DNA of 56,411 nucleotides. Source: a virus (lineage: Duplodnaviria > Caudoviricetes). Position 1 is the first letter of the stretch, and each line of letters opens with the position of its first letter. The DNA lies in IMG/VR virus record IMGVR_UViG_3300032893_000056, positions 1-56,411 of that record; one strand, 5' to 3'. Under the pieces are notes generated by a model. It was not told where the DNA came from. It was given only the letters and a program-made list of their open reading frames with translations, and ran no database searches. The position numbers and the translations under genes are program-made. Shown in pieces: positions 25,531-33,576 of this stretch.

Positions 25531-25634
25531 ATCGAAAGGAAACAGAGGAACCCCGCATAAAGCGGGGTCCGGTTACTTCAGTTCAAGGTAGTTAGCTGAA
25601 ACTACCAGAAACCATTGTACAGTGGTATTACAGA

Positions 25635-26480
25635 TCATTCTTCGGTAACTTCCTCTTCTTCAACGTGCTCAACCTCAAGTGCGCCGGATTCTGCCCCCGC
25701 ACGTAGCAGTGCTTCCGCTTCGGCGTCGCTAACTTCAGACTGGCCTGCGTTATCGGCCTTGAGAACGCCTTGCAGGCCGGACATAATCAGGGCCAATACT
25801 TCCCGATCATACTTTTTGGACAAGCGTTCTATTTCCTTTTCCGCCTGTTCCAACATTTGATCTTCACGCGCCTTTATCACCTGCTTTTGCGCGACTTCAG
25901 CAATGCGAGCTTGCCACGAAACAAACGACTCATTGACCGCGCGAGGCGTTTCCTTCGTTGCATCAAGAAAAGCCTGTGTTTCTGCTTTGGTTTCGCGCAA
26001 ACGGGCCTTTTGGGCCTTCTGTGCATCCGACGGGATATCGTGTCCCGTCCAGATCTTGCCGGCCCGCTCCAAAGCAGGCTTGGCCATGTTGCGGGCTTCG
26101 AGCCAACCCGTTTGATCGGTAAAGCCCATTGCCTGCATTTCAGGTGCCGCAAACTTCAGGGCACCATAAATCTGTTGCACGAACGTGCGAACGTTCATTG
26201 CCGTATTACGCTTCGGCCCGCGTTCTTTCTCAGGTACGCCGTTCGCTTCATCGGCCTTTGCGGCAAGCTTCACAAGCTCATCGCACGCACCCTTAACTTG
26301 CAGGGCATCAGCGTTCGGGACCAAAACCTCACGAATCCACGCCATGCGCGTTTGGGTTTGCGCATCCGGGACCATGAACATGTTATACAACCCTTGACCC
26401 GTAACAATCAATTGACGGGTTTCGGGGGCCTTATTGATGGGTTCGAGCTTGTTCTCGACAACCGCAGCAGTAGCAGACAT
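25635..26480 (-). CDS. Early helical protein of unknown function, own transcription unit
   Basis: GGAG RBS before MSATAAV; upstream promoter and downstream terminator; Ala/Glu-rich. Confidence 0.8.
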   Translation of the reverse strand: MSATAAVVENKLEPINKAPETRQLIVTGQGLYNMFMVPDAQTQTRMAWIREVLVPNADALQVKGACDELVKLAAKADEANGVPEKERGPKRNTAMNVRTFVQQIYGALKFAAPEMQAMGFTDQTGWLEARNMAKPALERAGKIWTGHDIPSDAQKAQKARLRETKAETQAFLDATKETPRAVNESFVSWQARIAEVAQKQVIKAREDQMLEQAEKEIERLSKKYDREVLALIMSGLQGVLKADNAGQSEVSDAEAEALLRAGAESGALEVEHVEEEEVTEE

Positions 26481-26515
26481 TTTGAAAGTCTCCACAGGAT
26501 GAACAAACACCAAAA

Positions 26516-26540
26516 GTTTGAACCCTCAAACTTGCTTACA
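26516..26540 (-). promoter_or_regulatory. TGTAAG-N3-GTTTG-N6-CAAAC site in the leader
   Basis: TGTAAG CAA GTTTG AGGGTT CAAAC. Confidence 0.65.
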
Positions 26541-26587
26541 GCCTGCAAGGGAGATTCAAACGACCGATACAACACCATACAATGAGG

Positions 26588-26616
26588 ATTATAGGCGATA
26601 GGCAAGTCAGTACCAA
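26588..26616 (-). promoter_or_regulatory. sigma70 promoter
   Basis: TTGGTA-17bp-TATAAT with AT-rich upstream DNA. Confidence 0.65.
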
Positions 26617-26651
26617 GGGGTATTTACAAATTGTTACATTTGTAAGGTAAT

Positions 26652-26676
26652 TGTAAGATAGTTTGAATAGACAAAA
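26652..26676 (+). promoter_or_regulatory. Inverted copy of the TGTAAG-N3-GTTTG-N6-CAAAM site
   Basis: TGTAAG ATA GTTTG AATAGA CAAAA on +. Confidence 0.55.
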
Positions 26677-26696
26677 GAAAAGCCCCATAAAGGGGC
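26673..26696 (-). terminator. Intrinsic terminator
   Basis: GCCCC-TTTAT-GGGGC-TTTTCTTTT on the minus strand. Confidence 0.7.
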
Positions 26697-26718
26697 CTTA
26701 GAGGGTTTACAACAGGTT

Positions 26719-26910
26719 TCAATCGAATCTGGCTACATCCCTATACTCAACATCTTCGGGCGGTTCTATGGGCCATTTAACCCCCTTAGCGCGCCTCTTT
26801 GCATTCTCAATGTTCCACAGCTTGTCGAGATACCAAAGGTAGGCAAGCCAGAAACCGACGAACACTTCGCCACAGAGAACGATCTTACAGATCAATGACA
26901 CAATATCCAT
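26719..26910 (-). CDS. Small membrane protein
   Basis: Hydrophobic N-terminal helix. Confidence 0.6.
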   Translation of the reverse strand: MDIVSLICKIVLCGEVFVGFWLAYLWYLDKLWNIENAKRRAKGVKWPIEPPEDVEYRDVARFD

Positions 26911-26918
26911 AATAGGGG

Positions 26919-27083
26919 TTATTCCTCAAAAACCGACAAGGTAAAGGGGATTTGGAACTCAATTAAGGTATTAATGTAATCATGCATACCCTCTGTCTCA
27001 CTAGCTGCGGATAGATAGAACGCAACTACCTGTGAAACCCCCTCTTGCGTAAACCTAACTTCGGCGATCCATTCCTTAGACAT
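26919..27083 (-). CDS. Small hypothetical protein (54 aa)
   Basis: Read manually: MSKEWIAEVRFTQEG... Confidence 0.5.
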   Translation of the reverse strand: MSKEWIAEVRFTQEGVSQVVAFYLSAASETEGMHDYINTLIEFQIPFTLSVFEE

Positions 27084-27268
27084 AATGGTTACCCCTTAAT
27101 CCAATAGTAAAGAGCGATTGCTCCCGTAGCGACACCTGAGACAACTACGCGAACGATATCCATCAATATTTCCCCTTGCTGTCATTACGCTGTTTTTCGG
27201 CTTTATCCGCTGCATCCATTACCGTACCATACACCCAAATAGCAATGGGAAGAATGAAAAACATCAAG

Positions 27269-27490
27269 TCATACATAATCCCATCCTTTGTAGTCTTTTG
27301 CGATTTGTTCGGCTTCACCAATAGCCTTGTCAAAACAGGCTTGACACCCGTGGCTCTCAATCCATCCGCCCCCATTCCACACGTAGCGGGAACGCTTCTT
27401 AACATCCTCCTCTTTTACAAAGGTGTTACAGATTGGGCAGGGAACAGCGGTTGTTACCTGAAAGTGATAGCTCGGACGATAGCGGGACAT
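27269..27490 (-). CDS. Small Zn-ribbon protein
   Basis: CPIC...HGCQAC; GAGGAG RBS. Confidence 0.6.
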   Translation of the reverse strand: MSRYRPSYHFQVTTAVPCPICNTFVKEEDVKKRSRYVWNGGGWIESHGCQACFDKAIGEAEQIAKDYKGWDYV

Positions 27491-27493
27491 AGC

Positions 27494-27697
27494 TTAATGC
27501 TCCTCAATGAGACAACCGATGGTACGCATTCCGGCTTGTTCGAATGATTGACCGTTAGCAAACCGATAGGCATTCCACCATGCAGCGTTTGAACGCCGGG
27601 ACAGATCAGCGAACGGCTTTACAAGGTTACCGAAGTCATCCACTACGGAATGCCAATCGACGTCAACCGGGACATACTTGAAGTGAGTAAGGATCAT
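27494..27697 (-). CDS. First early gene, hypothetical
   Basis: AGGAGG RBS; promoter just upstream. Confidence 0.65.
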   Translation of the reverse strand: MILTHFKYVPVDVDWHSVVDDFGNLVKPFADLSRRSNAAWWNAYRFANGQSFEQAGMRTIGCLIEEH

Positions 27698-27722
27698 ATA
27701 CCCTCCTGTTGAACATGACTAC

Positions 27723-27732
27723 ATCTTAGCAC
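27723..27732 (-). promoter_or_regulatory. Extended -10 early promoter
   Basis: TG-c-TAAGAT ~25 nt upstream of the first early gene. Confidence 0.5.
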
Positions 27733-27836
27733 AAATACAGGGAAGTGCATCAGGGAATACCCTAGGATTGGGTTAGTTTGAACATGCAAACTCGGGTGTT
27801 ATGGGTCTGACGAGCACCTATGGACGGATGAGCTAA

Positions 27837-27878
27837 CTCATTGATTATCATTCTCAGCTCGTAATAACAATCATTCTC
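27837..27878. promoter_or_regulatory. Two tandem Fur-box-like sequences
   Basis: ctcattgattatcattctc (13/19) and cgtaataacaatcattctc (14/19) vs GATAATGATAATCATTATC. Confidence 0.4.
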
Positions 27879-28112
27879 ATCTAGCGCACCCTCTTTTTCT
27901 TCTTAAAAATACCATCTCTTTGAAGGGGGGATGGGGGGAAAACCCGAAGGCTCGAAAAGCTCGAAAGGATGGATGCTACATTTTTATATATTTTTGAAAG
28001 GAGGGGATGTCTTAGTATTTACCCTTAGTTATCTATTCTTTACCCACTGAGGAGCTCGGATCAAAAAACCGATCCTCGCAAGCTCGAAGAGCTAATACTA
28101 AAACCTTCAAAC

Positions 28113-28177
28113 AGAAAGAAGAAACAGAAGTTGTAGTTTTTTTTAATTTAAACTACTTCTTCTGTAAAGAAGAAAGA
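28113..28177 (-). other. Mirror-repeat-flanked hairpin element, copy 2
   Basis: agaaagaagaaa (28113-24) / aaagaagaaaga (28166-77) exact mirror around the cagaag-tt-gtagttt..aaactac-tt-cttctg stem. Confidence 0.8.
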
Positions 28178-28184
28178 ACTTATA

Positions 28185-28213
28185 ATGGTATATATTCTTA
28201 ATGCATTTGTCAA
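28185..28213 (-). promoter_or_regulatory. sigma70 promoter P2
   Basis: TTGACA-aatgcattaagaatata(17)-TACCAT. Confidence 0.8.
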
Positions 28214-28261
28214 GTACTTTTTGTACTTTTGTAGAAATATTTGTGTTTGTAAAGAAAAAGC

Positions 28262-28290
28262 TTGACAAATCGATCAAGATAGTATATAAT
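28262..28290 (+). promoter_or_regulatory. Consensus sigma70 promoter P3 for the morphogenesis arm
   Basis: TTGACA-aatcgatcaagatagta(17)-TATAAT. Confidence 0.9.
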
Positions 28291-28337
28291 ATACATCTGT
28301 TGTAGAAAAGTTGTTGACAAACTGTCTCAACTATGTT

Positions 28338-28395
28338 AAAGGAGGTGATCCTTTATCTCGTCCAGCAGGGGGCGGACGTTAAGCTAAACCCCTGG
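28338..28395 (+). ncRNA. Putative structured RNA: 16S-tail complement + H-type pseudoknot
   Basis: AAAGGAGGTGATCC; stems CGTCC/GGACG and CAGGGG/CCCCTG; no start codon at SD spacing. Confidence 0.45.
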
Positions 28396-28420
28396 CCTAA
28401 CAATCCCCAGGAACCCAGAG

Positions 28421-29014
28421 ATGCTTTCAGACAAAGTTAAAAATCAGTACATGCCGACCAGAAAGCGGCGTCCTGATGGGGAAGCTGGATTCCGTCGTCG
28501 ATTCAGTGATTCCCAAAAAATTGAAGCAGTAACGACCTACTTGATGCTTGGCAGCCTAACACTTGTTTCATCGGTGCTCAAGATCAACATCAATACCCTT
28601 AAGCTCTGGAAAAAGAGTGAATGGTGGAAAGAGGTCGAGCGAGATCTTCGTACTCAGCAAGATCTTCAACTATCCAAACGTCTCCAGAATATTGTTACCA
28701 GATCTCTGGATGTGATTGAAGATCGGATGGAGCGGGGAGATTTTGTATATGACCAAAAGACCGGTCAGATGCGACGTAAACCGGTAAACATGCGAGATGC
28801 AGCCAAAGTAATGATGGATCTCAACGAAAGGGCCGAGACTCTGGTTGACCGTCACATCCAAAATGAAAGTATCTCGACAGACAAAGTTGAACAGACACTC
28901 AAGAATCTTGCTGATGAATTCGCAAGAATCGCAAACCAAGTTACCTCCAAATCAGCAGTTGAGGTTACTGATGTACTTTTCGGAGACGATACCCGTGCCA
29001 AGGATGAAACCTAA
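28421..29014 (+). CDS. Terminase small subunit (probable)
   Basis: N-terminal HTH (SDSQKIEAV..Y..LG....V...L.I..NTL..WK..WW); first gene of the packaging module. Confidence 0.7.
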   Translation: MLSDKVKNQYMPTRKRRPDGEAGFRRRFSDSQKIEAVTTYLMLGSLTLVSSVLKININTLKLWKKSEWWKEVERDLRTQQDLQLSKRLQNIVTRSLDVIEDRMERGDFVYDQKTGQMRRKPVNMRDAAKVMMDLNERAETLVDRHIQNESISTDKVEQTLKNLADEFARIANQVTSKSAVEVTDVLFGDDTRAKDET

Positions 29015-29252
29015 TGGAGAGCGAGACTACTCCTACGATACCCACTACGAAGCCAGTGCTGCCCAGCGAAAGCACCGATCTGAGCGCGTATTGGCCCGAA
29101 GGGAAATGGCCAAAGAAGGGAAGGTTCACAAAGGTGATAATAAGGATGTTGATCACAAGCGCTCGCTATCTAATGGCGGGTCAAACGATCGATCAAATAT
29201 GCGTGTCACGAGTGCTCACTTTAACCGCTCCCGGAAGAACAAAGACAAATGA
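28995..29252 (+). CDS. Small HNH endonuclease
   Basis: RDY..R..R..ARR..G...KGD.KDVDHK..LS.GGSN..SN.RV.S...NRS. Confidence 0.8.
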   Translation: MPRMKPNGERDYSYDTHYEASAAQRKHRSERVLARREMAKEGKVHKGDNKDVDHKRSLSNGGSNDRSNMRVTSAHFNRSRKNKDK

Positions 29253-30766
29253 TCTTGACAGCAGATGTAGTGTCAGGGTTTGTCGGAAGTGTCCTTGCTC
29301 CGAAGTTTGAAGATAGTTGTGCCTCGCCAGCATTCCACCATGAAATGTGGGAGTATTGCTGCTCTAAGAATCGCTACATTGCTATCGCTGCACCTCGGGG
29401 TCATGCGAAAACAACAGCAGTAACTCTTGGATACGGGTTGTCGTGTTTGCTGTTTCGAGAACGAAAATTCATGTTGTTGGTCTCTAACACGGAAGCACAA
29501 TCAGCACTATTTCTCGGAAATATCAAGCAACAACTTACAACTAACGAAACTCTGATTGACCTGTTCGGGATTAAACGACAACCTGATGGAAAGGTCAAAT
29601 TCATAAAAGATAGCGAAACAGACATCATCGTAGAGATGGATGACGGACATCAGTTCCGGATTATCGCTAAAGGTAGTGAACAAAAAGTTCGTGGTACCAC
29701 TTGGGGAACTGCTCGACCAGATCTGATTATTTGTGATGATATGGAAAATGATGAGCAGGTTATGTCCAAAGATCGTCGAGAAAAGTTCAAACGATGGTTC
29801 ACAGGCGCTTTGATTCCCTGTATGTCAGACAAAGGTATCATTCGAATGGTTGGCACCATCCTCCACATGGATAGTATGCTGGAGAATCTGATGCCTAAAC
29901 CCTACGATAAGAACACAATAACACTGCCTCTCAAGGAATACAGTCGTAAACCTATGAAGTGGGTGTCGATTAAGTACCGAGCCCATACAGACGATTTTAA
30001 GCAGCTTCTATGGCCTGAAAAGAAGTCAGCGGAGGATTTCCGAATTGAACGTGCTGATGCATTTGCCAATGGTCTTCAAGACGTTTATAGTCAGGAATAT
30101 CTTAATATTCCGATTGATGAATCGAGTACCTACTTCCGAAGAGCAGATTTTCGACCAATGGCAGAAGCAGACTTCTCGAAACCGGTACGCTTTTATATCA
30201 CCTGCGACTTGGCAATTTCCGATAAAGAGTATGCCGACTATTCTGTGTTTGTAGTTGGATCTGTCGATGAAGACAAGATTCTCAGTATTCGGAATGTGAT
30301 CCGGGAACGGATGGATGGTCGAGAGATTGTCGATACGATTCTAGCATTGCAACGGATGTACAAACCTGAAGCAATCGGTATTGAAGAAATGCAAGTATCC
30401 AAAGCAATTGGACCATTCCTTCGAGAAGAGATGGTCAAGCACAATAACTTCATCTCTCTGTATCCTCTGAAGCATGGTGGTAAGGATAAACTGACTCGCA
30501 GCCGTTCCATTCAAGCACGTATGCGTGCTCACGGATGTAAGTTCGATAAGTCGGGGGACTGGTATCCTCTCTTTGAAGAAGAGTGTATGCGATTCCCTAG
30601 GGATAAGCATGATGACCAGGTAGATGCTTTTGCTTATCTTGGTATGATGCTTGATGTGATTATCGAAGCACCTACGGTAGAAGATCTTGAAGAAGATGAA
30701 TATCAACGCGAACTAGAAGAATCCGGATTGGGTGATTCTGGTCGTAACGAGATAACGGGATATTGA
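29249..30766 (+). CDS. terL: Terminase large subunit
   Basis: APRGHAKT Walker A, ICDDME Walker B, GTILH, QEY.N.P, nuclease CDLA, DYS, HDDQVDA. Confidence 0.93.
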   Translation: MILTADVVSGFVGSVLAPKFEDSCASPAFHHEMWEYCCSKNRYIAIAAPRGHAKTTAVTLGYGLSCLLFRERKFMLLVSNTEAQSALFLGNIKQQLTTNETLIDLFGIKRQPDGKVKFIKDSETDIIVEMDDGHQFRIIAKGSEQKVRGTTWGTARPDLIICDDMENDEQVMSKDRREKFKRWFTGALIPCMSDKGIIRMVGTILHMDSMLENLMPKPYDKNTITLPLKEYSRKPMKWVSIKYRAHTDDFKQLLWPEKKSAEDFRIERADAFANGLQDVYSQEYLNIPIDESSTYFRRADFRPMAEADFSKPVRFYITCDLAISDKEYADYSVFVVGSVDEDKILSIRNVIRERMDGREIVDTILALQRMYKPEAIGIEEMQVSKAIGPFLREEMVKHNNFISLYPLKHGGKDKLTRSRSIQARMRAHGCKFDKSGDWYPLFEEECMRFPRDKHDDQVDAFAYLGMMLDVIIEAPTVEDLEEDEYQRELEESGLGDSGRNEITGY

Positions 30767-33063
30767 TGGCGATCAACAACACTCCTGGAAGTGCCCTCCA
30801 GGCTATGCAAGCGGGCGCACAACAGCCTGCTGACGGTGGACAAGGGGGTGGTATGGGTCAGGGCTTCGATCCCAACCAAGACCCGTATAACCTCGCTGCT
30901 GTGGGTCAGATGGCAGGCCAACAACAACAGCAGATGAATCAGATGCCCCAAGGAGGTCCCGAACAACCGGATATCCAGCACCCAGATTATCAGCATCCTA
31001 GCCAAAAACTTCGTGGTTTCATCGAAGAAGTCAACATCGCTGAGCATTTGGATGACGATAAGCTCAAGAAAATTGGATATGATTGTGCGGAAGGTTTTGA
31101 AACTGATCTAATGTCTCGGGAAGTTTGGGAACGGAAGTGTGATGAATATACGAAACTGGCTCTCCAAATTCAAGACCAAAAAGCCTACCCATGGCCAAAG
31201 GCCAGTAATGTTAAATATCCTCTTCTATCTACTGCTGCTATGCAGTTTGCTGCACGGGCTTATCCAACTCTGGTTCCTTCAGATGGTAAAGTGGTTCTTG
31301 GGCAAGTAATCGGTAAAGATCCAGACGATTCAAAGCAAGAACAAGCTGAGCGTATCTCAACCTATATGTCTTATGACATTATGCATCAGATGACGGGTTG
31401 GGAAGAAGACATGGACAAACTTTTGATCATGCTTCCAATTGTTGGGATCATGTTCAAAAAGACTTATTGGGACCCGATTAAGAAGAAAAACTGTAGTCAT
31501 CTGCTTTTGCCAAAGAGTGTTGTGGTCAATTATTGGGCCACGAATATGTGTGATACGGAACGGATCAGTGAGATCATTCCCATGTCTAAGCGTATTCTCA
31601 AACAGAAGCAAATGAGTAAACTGTATCTAGATTGTGATCTTGGGGCTCCTCCTAGCATTCCTTTTGAGTTCCATCCACGCCAGACGGATTGGATGCCTTC
31701 AAATGATGATACGACACCTTATGAGATCATCGAGCAACATTGTTATCTAGATCTGGATGAGGATGACTATGCTGAACCGTACATTGTTACGTTTCATCGA
31801 CAATCTCGAAAGGTTCTCCGGATTACTGCACGGTATGATGAGAGCACTATTCTATTTAATGATGATGGTACTCTTGCTGGTATTGAGCCCATTCATTACT
31901 ATACTAAGTTTGGCTTTATTCCTAGCCCTGATGGTAGTTTCTACGATATTGGGTTTGGGATGCTTCTGGGTCCTCTCAATGAATCGGTCAATACACTCAT
32001 TAACCAGTTGGTTGATGCAGGTACACTGAATAACCTTCAAGCTGGCTTTATTGGGAAGGGCCTTCGACTTCGTATGGGCGATATGCGCTTCATGCCCGGC
32101 CAATGGCAAGCAGTGAATGCAGTAGGCGATGATCTCAAGAAGCAGATTTTCCCACTTCCTACTAAAGAACCGAGTCCGGTTCTGTTCCAATTGATGGGAA
32201 CTCTGATCACTTCGGGTAAGGAATTGGCCTCTGTAGCTGAAATCTTTACTGGTAAAATGCCCGGTCAGAATACTCCTGCTACGACCACGATGGCTACGGT
32301 TGAACAAGGGATGAAGGTTTTCACGGCAATTTATAAGAGAATTTATCGTGCGCTCCAAGAGGAATTTTGCAAACTCTTTAAACTCAATGCCACGTATCTT
32401 GATCCCCAAACGTACAGTTCCGTCATTAATGAACCGATTGGACCGGATGATTTCGACGAAACAACGTATCGAGTTATTCCAGCAGCGGACCCCAATGCTG
32501 TTAGCGCTCAGGAAAAACTTCAGAAAGCAGAGAGTCTGCTCCAGCTTCTTCCGATTGGTGTTCTCGATCCTGTGGCAGTTATTAAGCGTGTTCTTCAAGC
32601 TCAGGAACAGCCGAACTTCGAACAACTCCTTAATCAACAGGTACAACAGACAGGCCAAATGCCTCCACCGCCGCCTGATCCGAAGGTACAAGAACTTCAA
32701 ATGAAGCAGCAAGCTCAACAGCAAGATGCTCAATTGAAGATGACTATGGGTCAGCAACAGATGGAATTGGATGCACGAGATAAGCAACAACAGATGGCTA
32801 TGGCCGCACAAGAGCATCAACAGAAGATGCAAATGCAAGCCCAAGAAGCTCAGATGAATGCTGCTGCTCAAGCACACCAAATCCAAGCTCAGATTCAAGG
32901 TGAAAACCTGAAGATGCAGCACCAGCAACAAATGCATCACCAAGCACTACAACAGACACAAGAAACGCATAAGGCGAATCTCAAACATACCGCAGAGGTC
33001 ACAAAATCGAAAGCCGCAGCAGCCAAACACGCGCCTTCCAAGACTGGAAGCGCCAAGAAATAA
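30766..33063 (+). CDS. Portal protein (podovirus type) with Q-rich termini
   Basis: Follows TerL; PWP.ASNV..PLL..A..QF.A.AY; NQL.DAGTL.N; ATTT.A..EQG.KVF..I.KR; long C-terminal coiled coil. Confidence 0.88.
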   Translation: MAINNTPGSALQAMQAGAQQPADGGQGGGMGQGFDPNQDPYNLAAVGQMAGQQQQQMNQMPQGGPEQPDIQHPDYQHPSQKLRGFIEEVNIAEHLDDDKLKKIGYDCAEGFETDLMSREVWERKCDEYTKLALQIQDQKAYPWPKASNVKYPLLSTAAMQFAARAYPTLVPSDGKVVLGQVIGKDPDDSKQEQAERISTYMSYDIMHQMTGWEEDMDKLLIMLPIVGIMFKKTYWDPIKKKNCSHLLLPKSVVVNYWATNMCDTERISEIIPMSKRILKQKQMSKLYLDCDLGAPPSIPFEFHPRQTDWMPSNDDTTPYEIIEQHCYLDLDEDDYAEPYIVTFHRQSRKVLRITARYDESTILFNDDGTLAGIEPIHYYTKFGFIPSPDGSFYDIGFGMLLGPLNESVNTLINQLVDAGTLNNLQAGFIGKGLRLRMGDMRFMPGQWQAVNAVGDDLKKQIFPLPTKEPSPVLFQLMGTLITSGKELASVAEIFTGKMPGQNTPATTTMATVEQGMKVFTAIYKRIYRALQEEFCKLFKLNATYLDPQTYSSVINEPIGPDDFDETTYRVIPAADPNAVSAQEKLQKAESLLQLLPIGVLDPVAVIKRVLQAQEQPNFEQLLNQQVQQTGQMPPPPPDPKVQELQMKQQAQQQDAQLKMTMGQQQMELDARDKQQQMAMAAQEHQQKMQMQAQEAQMNAAAQAHQIQAQIQGENLKMQHQQQMHHQALQQTQETHKANLKHTAEVTKSKAAAAKHAPSKTGSAKK

Positions 33064-33239
33064 CTCAGGCAATCTTTGAGACTCTTAAGGCCCTAAAAGC
33101 TGTGAGTCTTGAACACCTAGAGTTTAATGCGGGCAAAGAGCCCACAGAAGACCGGTACCATGTAGGATTTATTGCCGGAATCAACGCAGTGTTGAACGTT
33201 CATCTAGATGATCTTGTAGAGGATATTAATGACGATTAA
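33006..33239 (+). CDS. Small post-portal protein with apparent ATC start (absent from the ORF track)
   Basis: GAGG-7nt-ATC; FQDWKRQEITQAIF..L..AG.....D....G..AG...VL; fills the portal-GroES gap. Confidence 0.6.
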   Translation: MESRSSQTRAFQDWKRQEITQAIFETLKALKAVSLEHLEFNAGKEPTEDRYHVGFIAGINAVLNVHLDDLVEDINDD

Positions 33240-33570
33240 AGCTGTTCTCCATCGGCTTGTAGTCAAGCCTGTTGAATTGGAAGAGTATGATGAAGTTGAT
33301 GCCAAACTCAAAGAACTTGGGTTTGTCAAAGGTATCACCGAAGAAACTAAGTATCACAAGACTCAAATTGACCAAGGTTATGTGTTGGATGTAGGTCCGA
33401 CGGCTTTTCTGGATTATGTAAAGAAGCACGATCTTCCAGTTCCTGTCAAAGTTGGTACTCTTGTTACGTATGCTCGCCACAGTGGCAAGTGGCTCAAAGA
33501 TGGTGAAGAAGATGTAGTAGTTATCAATGATGATGATGTGCTTGCATATCACGTCAAATCAGAGGAATAA
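33229..33570 (+). CDS. groES: GroES-like co-chaperonin
   Basis: I.AV.HRLVVKP..G.VLDVGP..VKVG..V.YARHSG...D.E...VIND.DVLA. Confidence 0.8.
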   Translation: MTIKAVLHRLVVKPVELEEYDEVDAKLKELGFVKGITEETKYHKTQIDQGYVLDVGPTAFLDYVKKHDLPVPVKVGTLVTYARHSGKWLKDGEEDVVVINDDDVLAYHVKSEE

Positions 33571-33576
33571 ACAGAG

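Noticed and set aside
24990-26700. CRISPR-like mini-array from the repeated palindromes
   Set aside because: Copies are short, irregularly spaced, in both orientations and separated by genes
27806-28092. Hammerhead ribozymes at CTGACGAG (27807) and CTGAGGAG (28046)
   Set aside because: No GAAA core closing stem II and no matching stems I/III
31852-32943. 363-aa antisense ORF (also 25770..26585, 35516..36214, 46869..47570 and similar)
   Set aside because: Shadow frames of codon-biased or low-complexity genes; no motifs
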